Assembly (NCBI GenBank): GCA_020343435.1
Contig: CP070794.1
Span: 519,341-581,711 of the forward strand
Length of the DNA stretch: 62,371 nucleotides
Origin: an archaeon
GTDB lineage: Archaea; Nanobdellota; Nanobdellia; Pacearchaeales; UBA284
Direction: 5' to 3'
Under the pieces are notes generated by a model. It did not search any database and was not told the origin of the DNA. It saw only the letters and a program-made list of their open reading frames with translations. Shown in pieces: positions 9,704 through 19,638 of this stretch; position 1 is the first letter of the stretch, and every line of letters starts with the position of its first letter. Position numbers and translations under genes: made by a program.

Positions 9704-10401
9704 TTTATCAGTTTAACTAAAAATTTAAGGTTTTTATTATTTTTATCTTTCTTAGGGTTAAATTCTACAATATCTAAAACTTTGGGTTTTAATTCTTTTA
9801 TGAAACTACAAACTTGATTAAAATTCAATCCTTTTTTTCTAGGATATGTTACTGCATCGAAATGTTTCTGAGAAAAAATATCCATATCTAAACTTAAGTA
9901 AATATTTTTAAATTTTTGAATTTGTTTAATTAAATTCTTATCTTTAATAAATTCTGAAACTCTGATTATTTTAACTCTTTTTTTCATCAGGAATTGTTTT
10001 TCTTTTTTGAATATTTTATTAGGCCCAATTAAGAAAACTGGAATTTTTTTATGATTTAACAATGCTCTTAACCATTCTTCATGTGTTGGTTCTTTTATGT
10101 AAGGCATAGAATCTGCATGAGAATCTAAGATAACTAAACAAGAATTTTTATTTATCTTAAAAAAGGCCTTAGTTAAAGGAAAAGAAATAGAATGATCTCC
10201 CCCAAGAAAGATATTCCTTTTATTTATCTTAAAAATATTCATAGATTTCCTAAAAATCCTAGATTGTGAACTCTCCACATCAAAATTATCTACTCTAATT
10301 TGATGAAATCCTTTTTTTAGGGCTTTTTCAACCAAATCTGGAGCTAATTCACACCCTTTAGTTCTACTTAAACCATGAATTAAAGGAACTTTTACAATCA
10401 T
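9688..10401 (-). CDS. arginase/agmatinase-family ureohydrolase (short form)
   Basis: Metal-binding motifs GGDHSIS, DSHAD and SLDMDIF. Confidence 0.75.
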   Translation of the reverse strand: MIVKVPLIHGLSRTKGCELAPDLVEKALKKGFHQIRVDNFDVESSQSRIFRKSMNIFKINKRNIFLGGDHSISFPLTKAFFKINKNSCLVILDSHADSMPYIKEPTHEEWLRALLNHKKIPVFLIGPNKIFKKEKQFLMKKRVKIIRVSEFIKDKNLIKQIQKFKNIYLSLDMDIFSQKHFDAVTYPRKKGLNFNQVCSFIKELKPKVLDIVEFNPKKDKNNKNLKFLVKLIKCVAL

Positions 10402-10644
10402 CCTCTAAGAAACGAAGGTAAATTTAAATTCTTTTCTAAGAAGATACTATAATATATATTTCAAGAATTGTATTTTAAAGTTCAAGAATGTATTTAAAAG
10501 AAAAGTGAGTTATTATAACAAGGCTTTCGGGGAAAAAGTTTTATTCTTTTTCTTTTTTTTATTTTTAGAAACATTTAAAAAATCATTTAATATGTATTTA
10601 GTAAGAGAACTCTAAGGTTAAGGGACAGAAAAGGAGGTAAAAAG

Positions 10645-10845
10645 ATGACAGGTAGCTGCAGAGACTTAAGAAGGTATATGAATGACCCAAAAGTTGTACA
10701 AGCTTTTGGAAAAATTCTTACAGGCAGATCACATTACACCCCAGTTATAGAAACTAGGCCTCCTGAATGTCCAAATTGTAAGGTTACTCTTACAGGTGAT
10801 GAAAAGTTTTGTCCTGAATGTGGAACTAAAATAGAAAAAAAGTAA
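10645..10845 (+). CDS. zinc-ribbon protein (66 aa)
   Basis: AGGAGGT 6 nt upstream of the ATG. CPNC...CPEC ribbon at the C-terminus. Confidence 0.6.
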   Translation: MTGSCRDLRRYMNDPKVVQAFGKILTGRSHYTPVIETRPPECPNCKVTLTGDEKFCPECGTKIEKK

Positions 10846-11640
10846 TTATTTTTTAGCTAAATCTGATATTTCTTTTATTTTTCTTATAGTTAACTCTTCT
10901 CCTATTTTTATAGCTTCTTTAGTCATATCAAATTCTAAAGTAGACATATTTATTTTTGGTCTTAAAACAACTAGATTTTTCTTATATTTTTTTAATGCGT
11001 TTTCAGATATGTGATTCTGGATTATATCCATAGATCTTTCGAATATATCCATAAAACCATATTTTTTCTTTTTAGGAATTTGGGATACTGGCCTTGTAAC
11101 ATTGACAGCAATTACTTTTTTTGCTAATCTAAATCCCTCATCAATAGGAAGAGGATTATCAACTCCTCCATCTACCAAAAGCATATCATCTTTGTGGACA
11201 GGAGGAAAGATTATTGGAATTGCTGTGCTTGCTAGGATTGCTTGAACTAAATTTCCTTTATCCAACATTACTCTTTTACCAGATAAGAGATCTACAGTCC
11301 CAGCAACGAACCCCTTGGGAAGATCTTCTATTTTTATATCCCCAAGCATCTTTCTGTACTCTTTCTCTAATTTTTTTGTTTGGATTAATCCTCCTTTAGA
11401 AGGCCAAAATGATAAAATTCTTTTTAGTTGTTTTTTTGTTTTATGAGTTAATTCCTCTTCAAAAGCATAAAGTTTTCCAGCAGAATACATCCCTCCAACC
11501 ATTGCCCCAGCAGAAACTCCAACAATTAAATCAGGAACAATATTTATTCTATCTAAAACTTTTAGAACGCCAATATGGCACATCCCTCTAGCTCCTCCTC
11601 CACTAAGAACAAGAGTAAGATTATATTTTTTCTTAACCAT
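10846..11640 (-). CDS. patatin-like phospholipase
   Basis: Oxyanion GGGARG, nucleophile elbow GVSAG and catalytic DGG. Confidence 0.88.
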   Translation of the reverse strand: MVKKKYNLTLVLSGGGARGMCHIGVLKVLDRINIVPDLIVGVSAGAMVGGMYSAGKLYAFEEELTHKTKKQLKRILSFWPSKGGLIQTKKLEKEYRKMLGDIKIEDLPKGFVAGTVDLLSGKRVMLDKGNLVQAILASTAIPIIFPPVHKDDMLLVDGGVDNPLPIDEGFRLAKKVIAVNVTRPVSQIPKKKKYGFMDIFERSMDIIQNHISENALKKYKKNLVVLRPKINMSTLEFDMTKEAIKIGEELTIRKIKEISDLAKK

Positions 11641-11715
11641 GAGTTAAATAAAAAAACTATGATTAAAAATGTTTCTAAAGAAAGGTATAAAAATAATATC
11701 TACTTACTCTAAAAA

Positions 11716-12063
11716 ATGAAAACTAGGAAGTTGCTAAAACTTTCTTTAATTGTTGCACTAGTTGGATTATTTATCCTAATAATTCTTGTTAACAATGTAG
11801 AACCTGATTCAACTGCAATTTCAAATATAAATGAAAGAATGTTGGACCAATGGGTTAAAATAACTGGTGAAGTCACTAATTCTAAAGAAATTTCAACTGA
11901 AATGGGGAAATTAACATTATTTACAGTTCAAGATTATACAGATTCTATAAGCGTTGTTTTCTATGATGAAATTGAGTTATCAGATAACGCTGAAGTTACT
12001 GGAACAGTTTCAGAATATGAAGGACAAATCCAGATCATAGCTAGAAAGATAAGATGCTTCTAA
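11716..12063 (+). CDS. membrane-anchored OB-fold protein
   Basis: N-terminal TM helix followed by an OB-like beta-rich region (VKITGEVTN...GQIQIIARK). Confidence 0.5.
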   Translation: MKTRKLLKLSLIVALVGLFILIILVNNVEPDSTAISNINERMLDQWVKITGEVTNSKEISTEMGKLTLFTVQDYTDSISVVFYDEIELSDNAEVTGTVSEYEGQIQIIARKIRCF

Positions 12064-13247
12064 TAATACTTGCCATTGTTTTAGGAATAATTGCAGGAAC
12101 AATAACTGGATTAATTCCTGGAATTCATATTAATCTTGTGGCATTGTTATTATTCTTTTCTTCTGCTTTTTTATTGCAATACACAACCCCTCTTATTTTG
12201 GTAACTTTTATTATTTCTATGGCTATAACTCATACTTTTATAGATTTTATTCCAAGTGTTTTTCTTGGAGCTCCGAATGAGGATACTGCTCTTAGTATCC
12301 TTCCGGGACATCGCTATTTGCTGAAAGGAAAGGGATATGGGGCAGTTAAATTAACTTTAATAGGTTCTTTTTTTGGTTTATTGATCGCTCTGGCAATTTC
12401 TCCAGCATTTATTGTTGCTTCCCCCTTATTTTATCCTTACCTCTATAAAGCAATCCCTTTTCTTTTAATATTTATATCTGGATTCTTAATATTAAAAGAA
12501 AAACAGAAGATTTGGGCGCTAGTTATTTTTATGTTATCTGGAATCCTTGGTTTTGCTTCATTGAATTTTGTATTAGTTAAACAACCTTTATTTCCGTTAT
12601 TTACTGGTTTGTTTGGTTCCTCTTTACTAACTGTGAGTTTTTTACAAAAAGTTAAGGTTCCTAAACAAAAAATAAAAGATATCCCTATAAAGAAAAAAGA
12701 AATAAAAGATGCTTTAGGATTGAGCATATTATCTGGATCTTTAGTTTCTTTTTTACCTGGTGTTGGAAGTGCTACAGCAGCAGTTATATCTAGTGGAATA
12801 AAAAAATTAACTGAAAAATCTTTTTTAGTTTTAGTTGGGGCCATTAATACAATTGTAATGTTTCTTAGTTTTGTTGCTCTATATTCTATCAACAAACCCA
12901 GAACAGGAATTGCTGTTTTTGTTGGGAAGTTCTTACCAGCATTAACAATGAATCAATTATGGATATTTCTTATTGTGGGTTTGATAGCAGGTTGTATTGC
13001 TTTATTTGTAGCTCTTTTCTGGGCAAGATTCTTCTCAAAAAAAGTTATGAAAACAGATTACAAAAAATTATCTTTACTAATTTTAATATTCTTAGTCGCA
13101 ATAACGCCTATAATAAGTGGGTGGGCTGGTCTTTTTATTTTATTGATAGGAACAGCTATAGGAATCGCAACAAGCATTATTGGTGTTAAGAAAATATTTA
13201 TGATGGGTTCTTTACTTATTCCAGTTATAATTTGGAATATTGTTTAA
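12054..13247 (+). CDS. TctA/DUF112-like polytopic membrane protein
   Basis: About 10-12 TM helices. N-terminal GxxxGLIPGIH is typical of DUF112. Confidence 0.55.
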   Translation: MLLIILAIVLGIIAGTITGLIPGIHINLVALLLFFSSAFLLQYTTPLILVTFIISMAITHTFIDFIPSVFLGAPNEDTALSILPGHRYLLKGKGYGAVKLTLIGSFFGLLIALAISPAFIVASPLFYPYLYKAIPFLLIFISGFLILKEKQKIWALVIFMLSGILGFASLNFVLVKQPLFPLFTGLFGSSLLTVSFLQKVKVPKQKIKDIPIKKKEIKDALGLSILSGSLVSFLPGVGSATAAVISSGIKKLTEKSFLVLVGAINTIVMFLSFVALYSINKPRTGIAVFVGKFLPALTMNQLWIFLIVGLIAGCIALFVALFWARFFSKKVMKTDYKKLSLLILIFLVAITPIISGWAGLFILLIGTAIGIATSIIGVKKIFMMGSLLIPVIIWNIV

Positions 13248-14542
13248 ATACACTCTAAACAAAGTTTATCTTTAGAAAAACCAGTTGCTTCTTCTAAATC
13301 TTCAACAGTCCCATAATTTAAACTATCTAACATTAATTCTTTTCTTAAATTTTCTATAGTCATCCTTCTTGCAGCACAATCTTTATCTTTTCTAGTAGTT
13401 TTACCATATGGACAAGCATGCATTAAAGGAGGAAAAGCAATCACAGCATGAACTTCTTTAGCTCCATATTGCCTAAGAATCTTAACTCTATTGAACATCT
13501 GAGTCCCCCTAACAATACTATCATCTACTAAAATTATCTTTTTACCTTCTATAGCAGATTTTATAGGAATTAATTTAGTTCTAGCTTCTTCATCTCTTAC
13601 ACTCTGTTGACTAGGGGTATAACTCCTATCAGAATAATCATACCTAACAAAAACTTCAGAATAAGGTGATTTAGATCCTTGAGCAAAACCTATGGCGTGC
13701 CACCTTCCAGAATTTGGAATTGGGGAAACAATATCAGCGTTAATAGGATATCTTCTTGCTAAAGCTTTTCCCATTTTTGCTCTAACCCCTGAAACTTGTC
13801 TTCCATCTATGATTGAAGCTGGGTGTGCTGTATATATCCATTCAAAAGTACCATATCTTACAAAAGGTAAATTTATTTTTGCAACTGTGTTTATACCTTC
13901 GTTGGTTATAAAAACAATTTCTCCAGGTTCAACATCTCTTAAAACTTTAAAACCAGTATTTTCAAAAGAATTACTCTCTGAAGAAATTGCAAAACCTTCA
14001 TTTTTTTGACCTAAAACTAAAGGTTTCCTTCCATAACCTCTTGCTGCATATATTCCTTTCTCTGTTAAAGCAATTATAGCAAAATCTCCTTTCATGACTT
14101 GTAAAAGTTTTTTAATACCATCAACAAAACTTGCCTCTTTAGATATTACTTTTGCAATTAAAACTGTATCTACAATTTCTTCTGGAGATTTGTATCCTGA
14201 AAAACTAGAACCATCTTTCAGTAAATCATTCTTAAGATTTTCATAATTACTTACATTTCCGTCAAATGCAAGAATCATACTTCCTACTTTAGATAATTCA
14301 GAGACTGGCTGCCTGTCTGTAGTAACGCAACCAATACCCATATTTGCTTGTATATCTATTAATTCACTAATGGGAAACTGCTGCCTAATTAAACCCTTAT
14401 GTGTTTTAACTGTCAATTTTCCATTATAAAAAAATGCCAAACCACAATAATCTTGGGCTCGGTGCTGTAAATAAAAAGTTCCTAATCGTAAATCATTAAC
14501 ACAATTTCCTTCTTTTAAAACAACCCCACATATGCCAGCCAT
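13244..14542 (-). CDS. purF: amidophosphoribosyltransferase-like (Ntn-GATase + PRTase)
   Basis: MAGI propeptide followed by CGV (Ntn Cys). PRPP loop ILVDDSIVRGTQ. Cys ligands (ACPYG, CLEC) indicate the Fe-S type. Confidence 0.8.
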   Translation of the reverse strand: MAGICGVVLKEGNCVNDLRLGTFYLQHRAQDYCGLAFFYNGKLTVKTHKGLIRQQFPISELIDIQANMGIGCVTTDRQPVSELSKVGSMILAFDGNVSNYENLKNDLLKDGSSFSGYKSPEEIVDTVLIAKVISKEASFVDGIKKLLQVMKGDFAIIALTEKGIYAARGYGRKPLVLGQKNEGFAISSESNSFENTGFKVLRDVEPGEIVFITNEGINTVAKINLPFVRYGTFEWIYTAHPASIIDGRQVSGVRAKMGKALARRYPINADIVSPIPNSGRWHAIGFAQGSKSPYSEVFVRYDYSDRSYTPSQQSVRDEEARTKLIPIKSAIEGKKIILVDDSIVRGTQMFNRVKILRQYGAKEVHAVIAFPPLMHACPYGKTTRKDKDCAARRMTIENLRKELMLDSLNYGTVEDLEEATGFSKDKLCLECI

Positions 14543-14597
14543 AAGATGTTTACTATTCTCTTGCCTTTAAATAATTTTATACTTAAAAATAATCATA

Positions 14598-17500
14598 TTA
14601 CTCCGTACATTTTTTAAACCATTTATCTAATTTCTCTTGTTTTTCTTTCTCAACCCCAAACACACTTTCAATACTTTGTTTAACTAACATTAAACTCTGT
14701 TTTGTATAAGGAGAAATATTAAATTCTTCTGCTAATCTAATTGCAGGTTCTAAATATTTTTTAATAGAACCCTCTGCTATTGTAAAAATAATTCTTCCTC
14801 CACATCTCAAACATTTTCCAGCTAAAGGAGGTCTCCTATATTTTTCATTACATTTAACGCATCTGAACTGTTGTCTTGTAAATTTATGAAAATTTCCTTT
14901 AATATCTCTAACAAAATGTCTATCAATCACTAATCTTGCAACATCACTTGTATTTACTGCTCTTAATTTCCTAGCTAAATCCATCTGCCTTTCAACTTTT
15001 TCAGGCATTGTTGCTAAAGTTTTGTAAGCACTACAATTAGTTCCAGAATTAATATTAGAAGTGTGATGAGTAAACCATAATCCTTCAAAGGTTCTATCTC
15101 CTTGCCCCATTCTATCCTCAATTCTTGAAATCTCAACATCTTTGGGGTGCATTCCTTTCTCAGCAGCCATATATAATTCTAAAGGATACTCTTTAACAGT
15201 ATCTATATTATAAACCATTTCATCAACTTCATTTGATCTTAATCTAGAATTTAAAACAACAGGTGAATCTTGAGTTCCTCCCCTGTGTATAGGTAAGAAT
15301 TCTCTTGAAAAATTTAAAAAAGCATCTAATAACAACATCATTCCTGCTTCATCCCCATCACAATCTCTTCTAACAGCTCCGTGAATAAAAGGAGAAGCTA
15401 AAAATCCTTGAGTATCTGAAAATCCAACTATTCTTGCTGCAATGCCTGCTGCATTGTGTGGTGCAATTCCAATAACATAATGTCCTGCTAAATCCTCTTT
15501 GGTTTCTAAATTATAATATGGTTTTAATCCATAGAAATTAACAAGTAATGCATCTAAAAACTTAGTTGCTCTGAAGAAAAAATCATCTGCAGGAATATCT
15601 AAAGAATCTTTTGCACATGGTAAAATAATATCACAAGGTTTTATTTCTAAAATCTGATCGTCATTAGTTAATTCTTTACCTTCATAATCTTGAGTATAAC
15701 CTAATTCTTTTAATTTATCTATACTAACTCTAACTTCTTTAGGTTTAAAATGTGTGATAGGAACTTCACTACAATCAAAACGCATAGATCCATCTTTATT
15801 TACAGCTAAACCAAATGCTGCTCTTAAAATTCCTTTGCATAAATGTTCTGGGGTGTGATTTTCATTAGAAGTTCCTCTAACTCCCTTAACAAGTTTGGGG
15901 TTAATAGTAATAAACTCATAAGTTTTATTTGCTCTTTCTAAAGCGTTTTTAAAATAATCTTTGATATTAATTCTCTGGGTAGAATAAGTTTGGCCTTTTC
16001 CATGTAAATTACAGAAATTAGTATCTATTTTTTTAGTACATTTAGAGCAATAGAATAATTTTTTGTTTTCTTTTCCACAAAAATCACAAATAGGATAAAC
16101 ACTTTCTTTTTTACATTCTTCACAATAATAGATTGGAAAATCTGCTTTTACTGTTCCAACCTCAACTGCAGTTTGAAGACTTCTCATTCTTCCTCCCTCT
16201 TCTCCAATAGGAAATAAACTATTTGGAGATCCAGTTAATTCTCGAGGTTTTGCTTTTTCAGGTCTTCCCATTCTAGAGCCAATAAAGGTCCCTGCTTTAT
16301 CTTTGATTTTAAATTTTGAGTTCTTGTTTATGAATTCTAAGATAGAATCATCAGATTTTTCAAATTGTCTTGCTAATTCTTTAGCTTTTTCTATAAGATC
16401 ACTTTCTAATCCTAAGTTTAAGAACAAAGAGTTCCATGTTGTCTTTTCTAAAACAACATTAGCAGTAGTAACTTGGTGTTCAACTCCTGCTATTTCTAAA
16501 GCTCTTTTAGCATTTGCATATTTTTCTCTATTTAAGGTTTCATAAGGTAAGAGTAATTTTCCTTCAACAATCTTTGATTCAGATAACCAATCTAGAAAAG
16601 CTATAAAATTCTCTCTTTTAACTTGACTCCAAAAAAATATGAATTCTGGATGTAATGGAATATTGAGAACTTCGCTTATTTTTTTAGCATTATCTAAAGT
16701 TATTTTCTCTTTGAATAATTTTTCTATTTCTTCATTGGGTTTGTATTTCAAAGTTTCTTTAACTTGAATTCTCCACCATTCTGGTACATATCCTGGAGGT
16801 AACAAATTATGGTTTCTATCATAAAAATCACCATAACTTACTAACATATCTCCAACATATAGAATCTCATCTATATCTTTAACGTATTTTTCTGCTGCTT
16901 CTCTTGTTCCAACATAAACAACAGAACCATCTTTCAATTTTATTATAGGACCATCAATAGAATCACACAAACCTATTGCTGTACCTTTAGTTGGTTTTTC
17001 TAACTTTAATTGTGTTGCTGAAGCGATAAAATCACTCAAAATTTTCATAGTTGAAGAACTGATAGCAAGAGAACTATAACCGCTTGTTCTTGCTCTTCCA
17101 TAACGTAATCTAAATGCTCCGCTCCTAGAAGGATGACCAAAAATAGGACGACCAGCTACAGCATCTTGAATGTAAGTTCCTGTTTCTTCGGATGTTTTTT
17201 GTGCGATTAGTCTCTTTTGAAAGTTTACAAAATCTTCTAAAAAATCCCAATCAGATAATTTAAATCCTCTTTCTCTCAACTTCTTAATTCTTGGTACAAC
17301 TTTTTTAGCTTTCTGTGCTAATTGTTCAGAAACAACTAAACTATAACCACTTCTTAATCTATTGGTTTCGACTCTGTCAAGATCTTTATAGTTACTTACC
17401 TCTCTATTTTCAGAAGCTAGCCCATCTATTTGGACAGGACAATTTTTTATTAGAAAGTGTATCTCTTCTTCAGAAGCTATATACTGTAAATTAGTAATCC

Positions 17501-18089
17501 TTTCATGATAATCATGAATTTCTGTAGCAGCTCTACGAATTTCAATATCTGTAGGATCATACTTAGCATAACCAAAAGTTTCTCTTAGATAGTCTGCTAA
17601 GACTAATGAAATGGCTCCAGCAGTGGCTCCAGCAGATCTTATGGGTCCAGAGTAATAAACTGCGAGATAATCCCTTCCGTCTTTTGTTTTTTTTAACTTA
17701 AGGTGAGTATACCCTTCTAAGGGAGAAATAACCACGCCCATAGTCAAATAAGCTAGCCCGATACATATCCCAGCATCTATTCCTTCTAAAAGATCTTTAA
17801 ATTTACAAAATCTTTCTTTAGCAACTTCCTCGGCAATTTTGAATGCTACTGCAGGATCTAAGAAACCATACTGTTTTTCTAGCTCTTTAAATCTCTTTTC
17901 AATTTGTTCATTTTTTATCTGTGGATATTTTAAACTCACAACACCCAGTGCTCTTTGAGCTAATGTTGTTGTTAGGTCGATTTCCACATTGGGTTTAGGA
18001 TCTAATCCTTTTTTTCTTGCTTCTGTTGCTAAATCATATTCTTGATGAACTTTTTCTTCTATCTCTTTGAAATAGTTTTGTAAAGACAT
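14598..18089 (-). CDS. dp2: DNA polymerase II (PolD) large subunit DP2
   Basis: 1163 aa with DP2-specific conserved blocks and Zn fingers (CEECK...CDFCG; CVKCNEKYRRPPLAGKCLRCGG). Immediately downstream of dp1. Confidence 0.95.
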   Translation of the reverse strand: MSLQNYFKEIEEKVHQEYDLATEARKKGLDPKPNVEIDLTTTLAQRALGVVSLKYPQIKNEQIEKRFKELEKQYGFLDPAVAFKIAEEVAKERFCKFKDLLEGIDAGICIGLAYLTMGVVISPLEGYTHLKLKKTKDGRDYLAVYYSGPIRSAGATAGAISLVLADYLRETFGYAKYDPTDIEIRRAATEIHDYHERITNLQYIASEEEIHFLIKNCPVQIDGLASENREVSNYKDLDRVETNRLRSGYSLVVSEQLAQKAKKVVPRIKKLRERGFKLSDWDFLEDFVNFQKRLIAQKTSEETGTYIQDAVAGRPIFGHPSRSGAFRLRYGRARTSGYSSLAISSSTMKILSDFIASATQLKLEKPTKGTAIGLCDSIDGPIIKLKDGSVVYVGTREAAEKYVKDIDEILYVGDMLVSYGDFYDRNHNLLPPGYVPEWWRIQVKETLKYKPNEEIEKLFKEKITLDNAKKISEVLNIPLHPEFIFFWSQVKRENFIAFLDWLSESKIVEGKLLLPYETLNREKYANAKRALEIAGVEHQVTTANVVLEKTTWNSLFLNLGLESDLIEKAKELARQFEKSDDSILEFINKNSKFKIKDKAGTFIGSRMGRPEKAKPRELTGSPNSLFPIGEEGGRMRSLQTAVEVGTVKADFPIYYCEECKKESVYPICDFCGKENKKLFYCSKCTKKIDTNFCNLHGKGQTYSTQRINIKDYFKNALERANKTYEFITINPKLVKGVRGTSNENHTPEHLCKGILRAAFGLAVNKDGSMRFDCSEVPITHFKPKEVRVSIDKLKELGYTQDYEGKELTNDDQILEIKPCDIILPCAKDSLDIPADDFFFRATKFLDALLVNFYGLKPYYNLETKEDLAGHYVIGIAPHNAAGIAARIVGFSDTQGFLASPFIHGAVRRDCDGDEAGMMLLLDAFLNFSREFLPIHRGGTQDSPVVLNSRLRSNEVDEMVYNIDTVKEYPLELYMAAEKGMHPKDVEISRIEDRMGQGDRTFEGLWFTHHTSNINSGTNCSAYKTLATMPEKVERQMDLARKLRAVNTSDVARLVIDRHFVRDIKGNFHKFTRQQFRCVKCNEKYRRPPLAGKCLRCGGRIIFTIAEGSIKKYLEPAIRLAEEFNISPYTKQSLMLVKQSIESVFGVEKEKQEKLDKWFKKCTE

Positions 18090-18090
18090 T

Positions 18091-19638
18091 TTAACTAAAA
18101 TCTAACACATTTATTTTTCTTGTTTTAAGATTAAATAAACAAACTTTTCCTGGATCTGGTTCATGACCTAATTTTTCTTGATATCCTGTTTTAGATTGCC
18201 AACAAGAACAAGATATACCTAAAACACCATTATAATTGATAATTCCACTTCTATGCATATGACCTGTAACAACAATATCTGGGATTTTTCTTATAGATAG
18301 GAAATCATAGAGTTCCGGAAGTGCTGTAGTTGAAGCATGAGTTGGTGCTAGATGCCTTTTCTTTAACAAGAATTTTAAAACTGTTTCAGGATTTAGTTTT
18401 GCATTAGATAATCTCAAAGAGTCTATAGCATCCATATAATAATCTACAGATCTACCATGATAGAGCAAAACATTAAATCCCTCAAAGCTATCTGTTTTTC
18501 CAATATTGATTATGCAAGGGTTTGTAGTGATAATTGTGTTATCTAATCCATATAATCTTGGAGCAATTTTTGGATCAAAAATAGGCTGAGGTTCTATTAA
18601 TCTAACAGCATCATGATTACCTGGACAAATAATTATAGTTATATCTTTCCTGATCTTACTTATTATTTCAGCAATTTTATCATACTGTTCATAGATATCT
18701 TTGATTAGTAATTCTTTTTCTTGAGCAGGATAAACTCCAACACTATCTGCTAAATCTCCAACAATAAAAAGATATTTTATTTTTTTAGATAGTTCTTTTT
18801 GTTTTTCATTACCAATCTCTCCATTAAGCCATGAAATAAATTTAAGAAAACTTTTTTCTAAGAATTTATCAGAACCAAAATGTAAATCTGCAGTAAAGAT
18901 AGCATATTCTTCTTCTTGAGCCTTTTTTATCTCTCTTAAACCGATGTCTGGGAAGATGAGATCATTAGCAAATAAAATTTCTTGAGTTCCAGAAGCTTTT
19001 ATTGCAATAACTTCATCTAAAGCTAAGTCTTCTGCTATATCAAATAACTCTTTTCTATTCCTATTAACAACCACTGGAATCTTTCCAGTAGGGTCTTCTA
19101 TTTCTAATAATAAATTTTTATTTTTAGTGTGTCTCTTGAGGGTTACTAGACCTATAATAGAAACGCTTCGTCTATTCCCATAGATCTTTCCTATACTTGT
19201 TAAACCTTCTAACCCCCTATCTTGCAACAAAGCTTTGAAAAATTGATATCTATCTCTGAGGTTTGTTACAAAATCTTCAACAGTAATTTTTTTAGGTTTT
19301 GTGTCATACTCTTCTATAATCTCTACTTTTCTTGTAGATAAGATTTCTTCTCTCTTTTCTTCAATTTCTTCTTTTATATCTTTAATATATTTTCCAGATA
19401 AGCATTCTAATACTTCTTTGAATTTATCAAAAGGGTCTTCTCTTAGTTTTTCTAAGATTTTAGGGATATGTGAAACCAAAAATTCCTTGGTAATATGTTT
19501 TGGTGGATTAAGTTCTAAGATTAAATTAGATAAGATAGAGTCATCTACTGCGCTAATTATCCCTACAGCTTCTTCTTTCAAAATTGAAGGCTCAATTAAG
19601 TAACCCTTAGCCATTAATTCTTGAATAAACTTCATCAT
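18091..19638 (-). CDS. dp1: DNA polymerase II (PolD) small subunit DP1
   Basis: Calcineurin-like phosphoesterase motifs DLHFGS, GDLADSVG, GNHD and GHMH. OB domain upstream. Confidence 0.93.
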   Translation of the reverse strand: MMKFIQELMAKGYLIEPSILKEEAVGIISAVDDSILSNLILELNPPKHITKEFLVSHIPKILEKLREDPFDKFKEVLECLSGKYIKDIKEEIEEKREEILSTRKVEIIEEYDTKPKKITVEDFVTNLRDRYQFFKALLQDRGLEGLTSIGKIYGNRRSVSIIGLVTLKRHTKNKNLLLEIEDPTGKIPVVVNRNRKELFDIAEDLALDEVIAIKASGTQEILFANDLIFPDIGLREIKKAQEEEYAIFTADLHFGSDKFLEKSFLKFISWLNGEIGNEKQKELSKKIKYLFIVGDLADSVGVYPAQEKELLIKDIYEQYDKIAEIISKIRKDITIIICPGNHDAVRLIEPQPIFDPKIAPRLYGLDNTIITTNPCIINIGKTDSFEGFNVLLYHGRSVDYYMDAIDSLRLSNAKLNPETVLKFLLKKRHLAPTHASTTALPELYDFLSIRKIPDIVVTGHMHRSGIINYNGVLGISCSCWQSKTGYQEKLGHEPDPGKVCLFNLKTRKINVLDFS

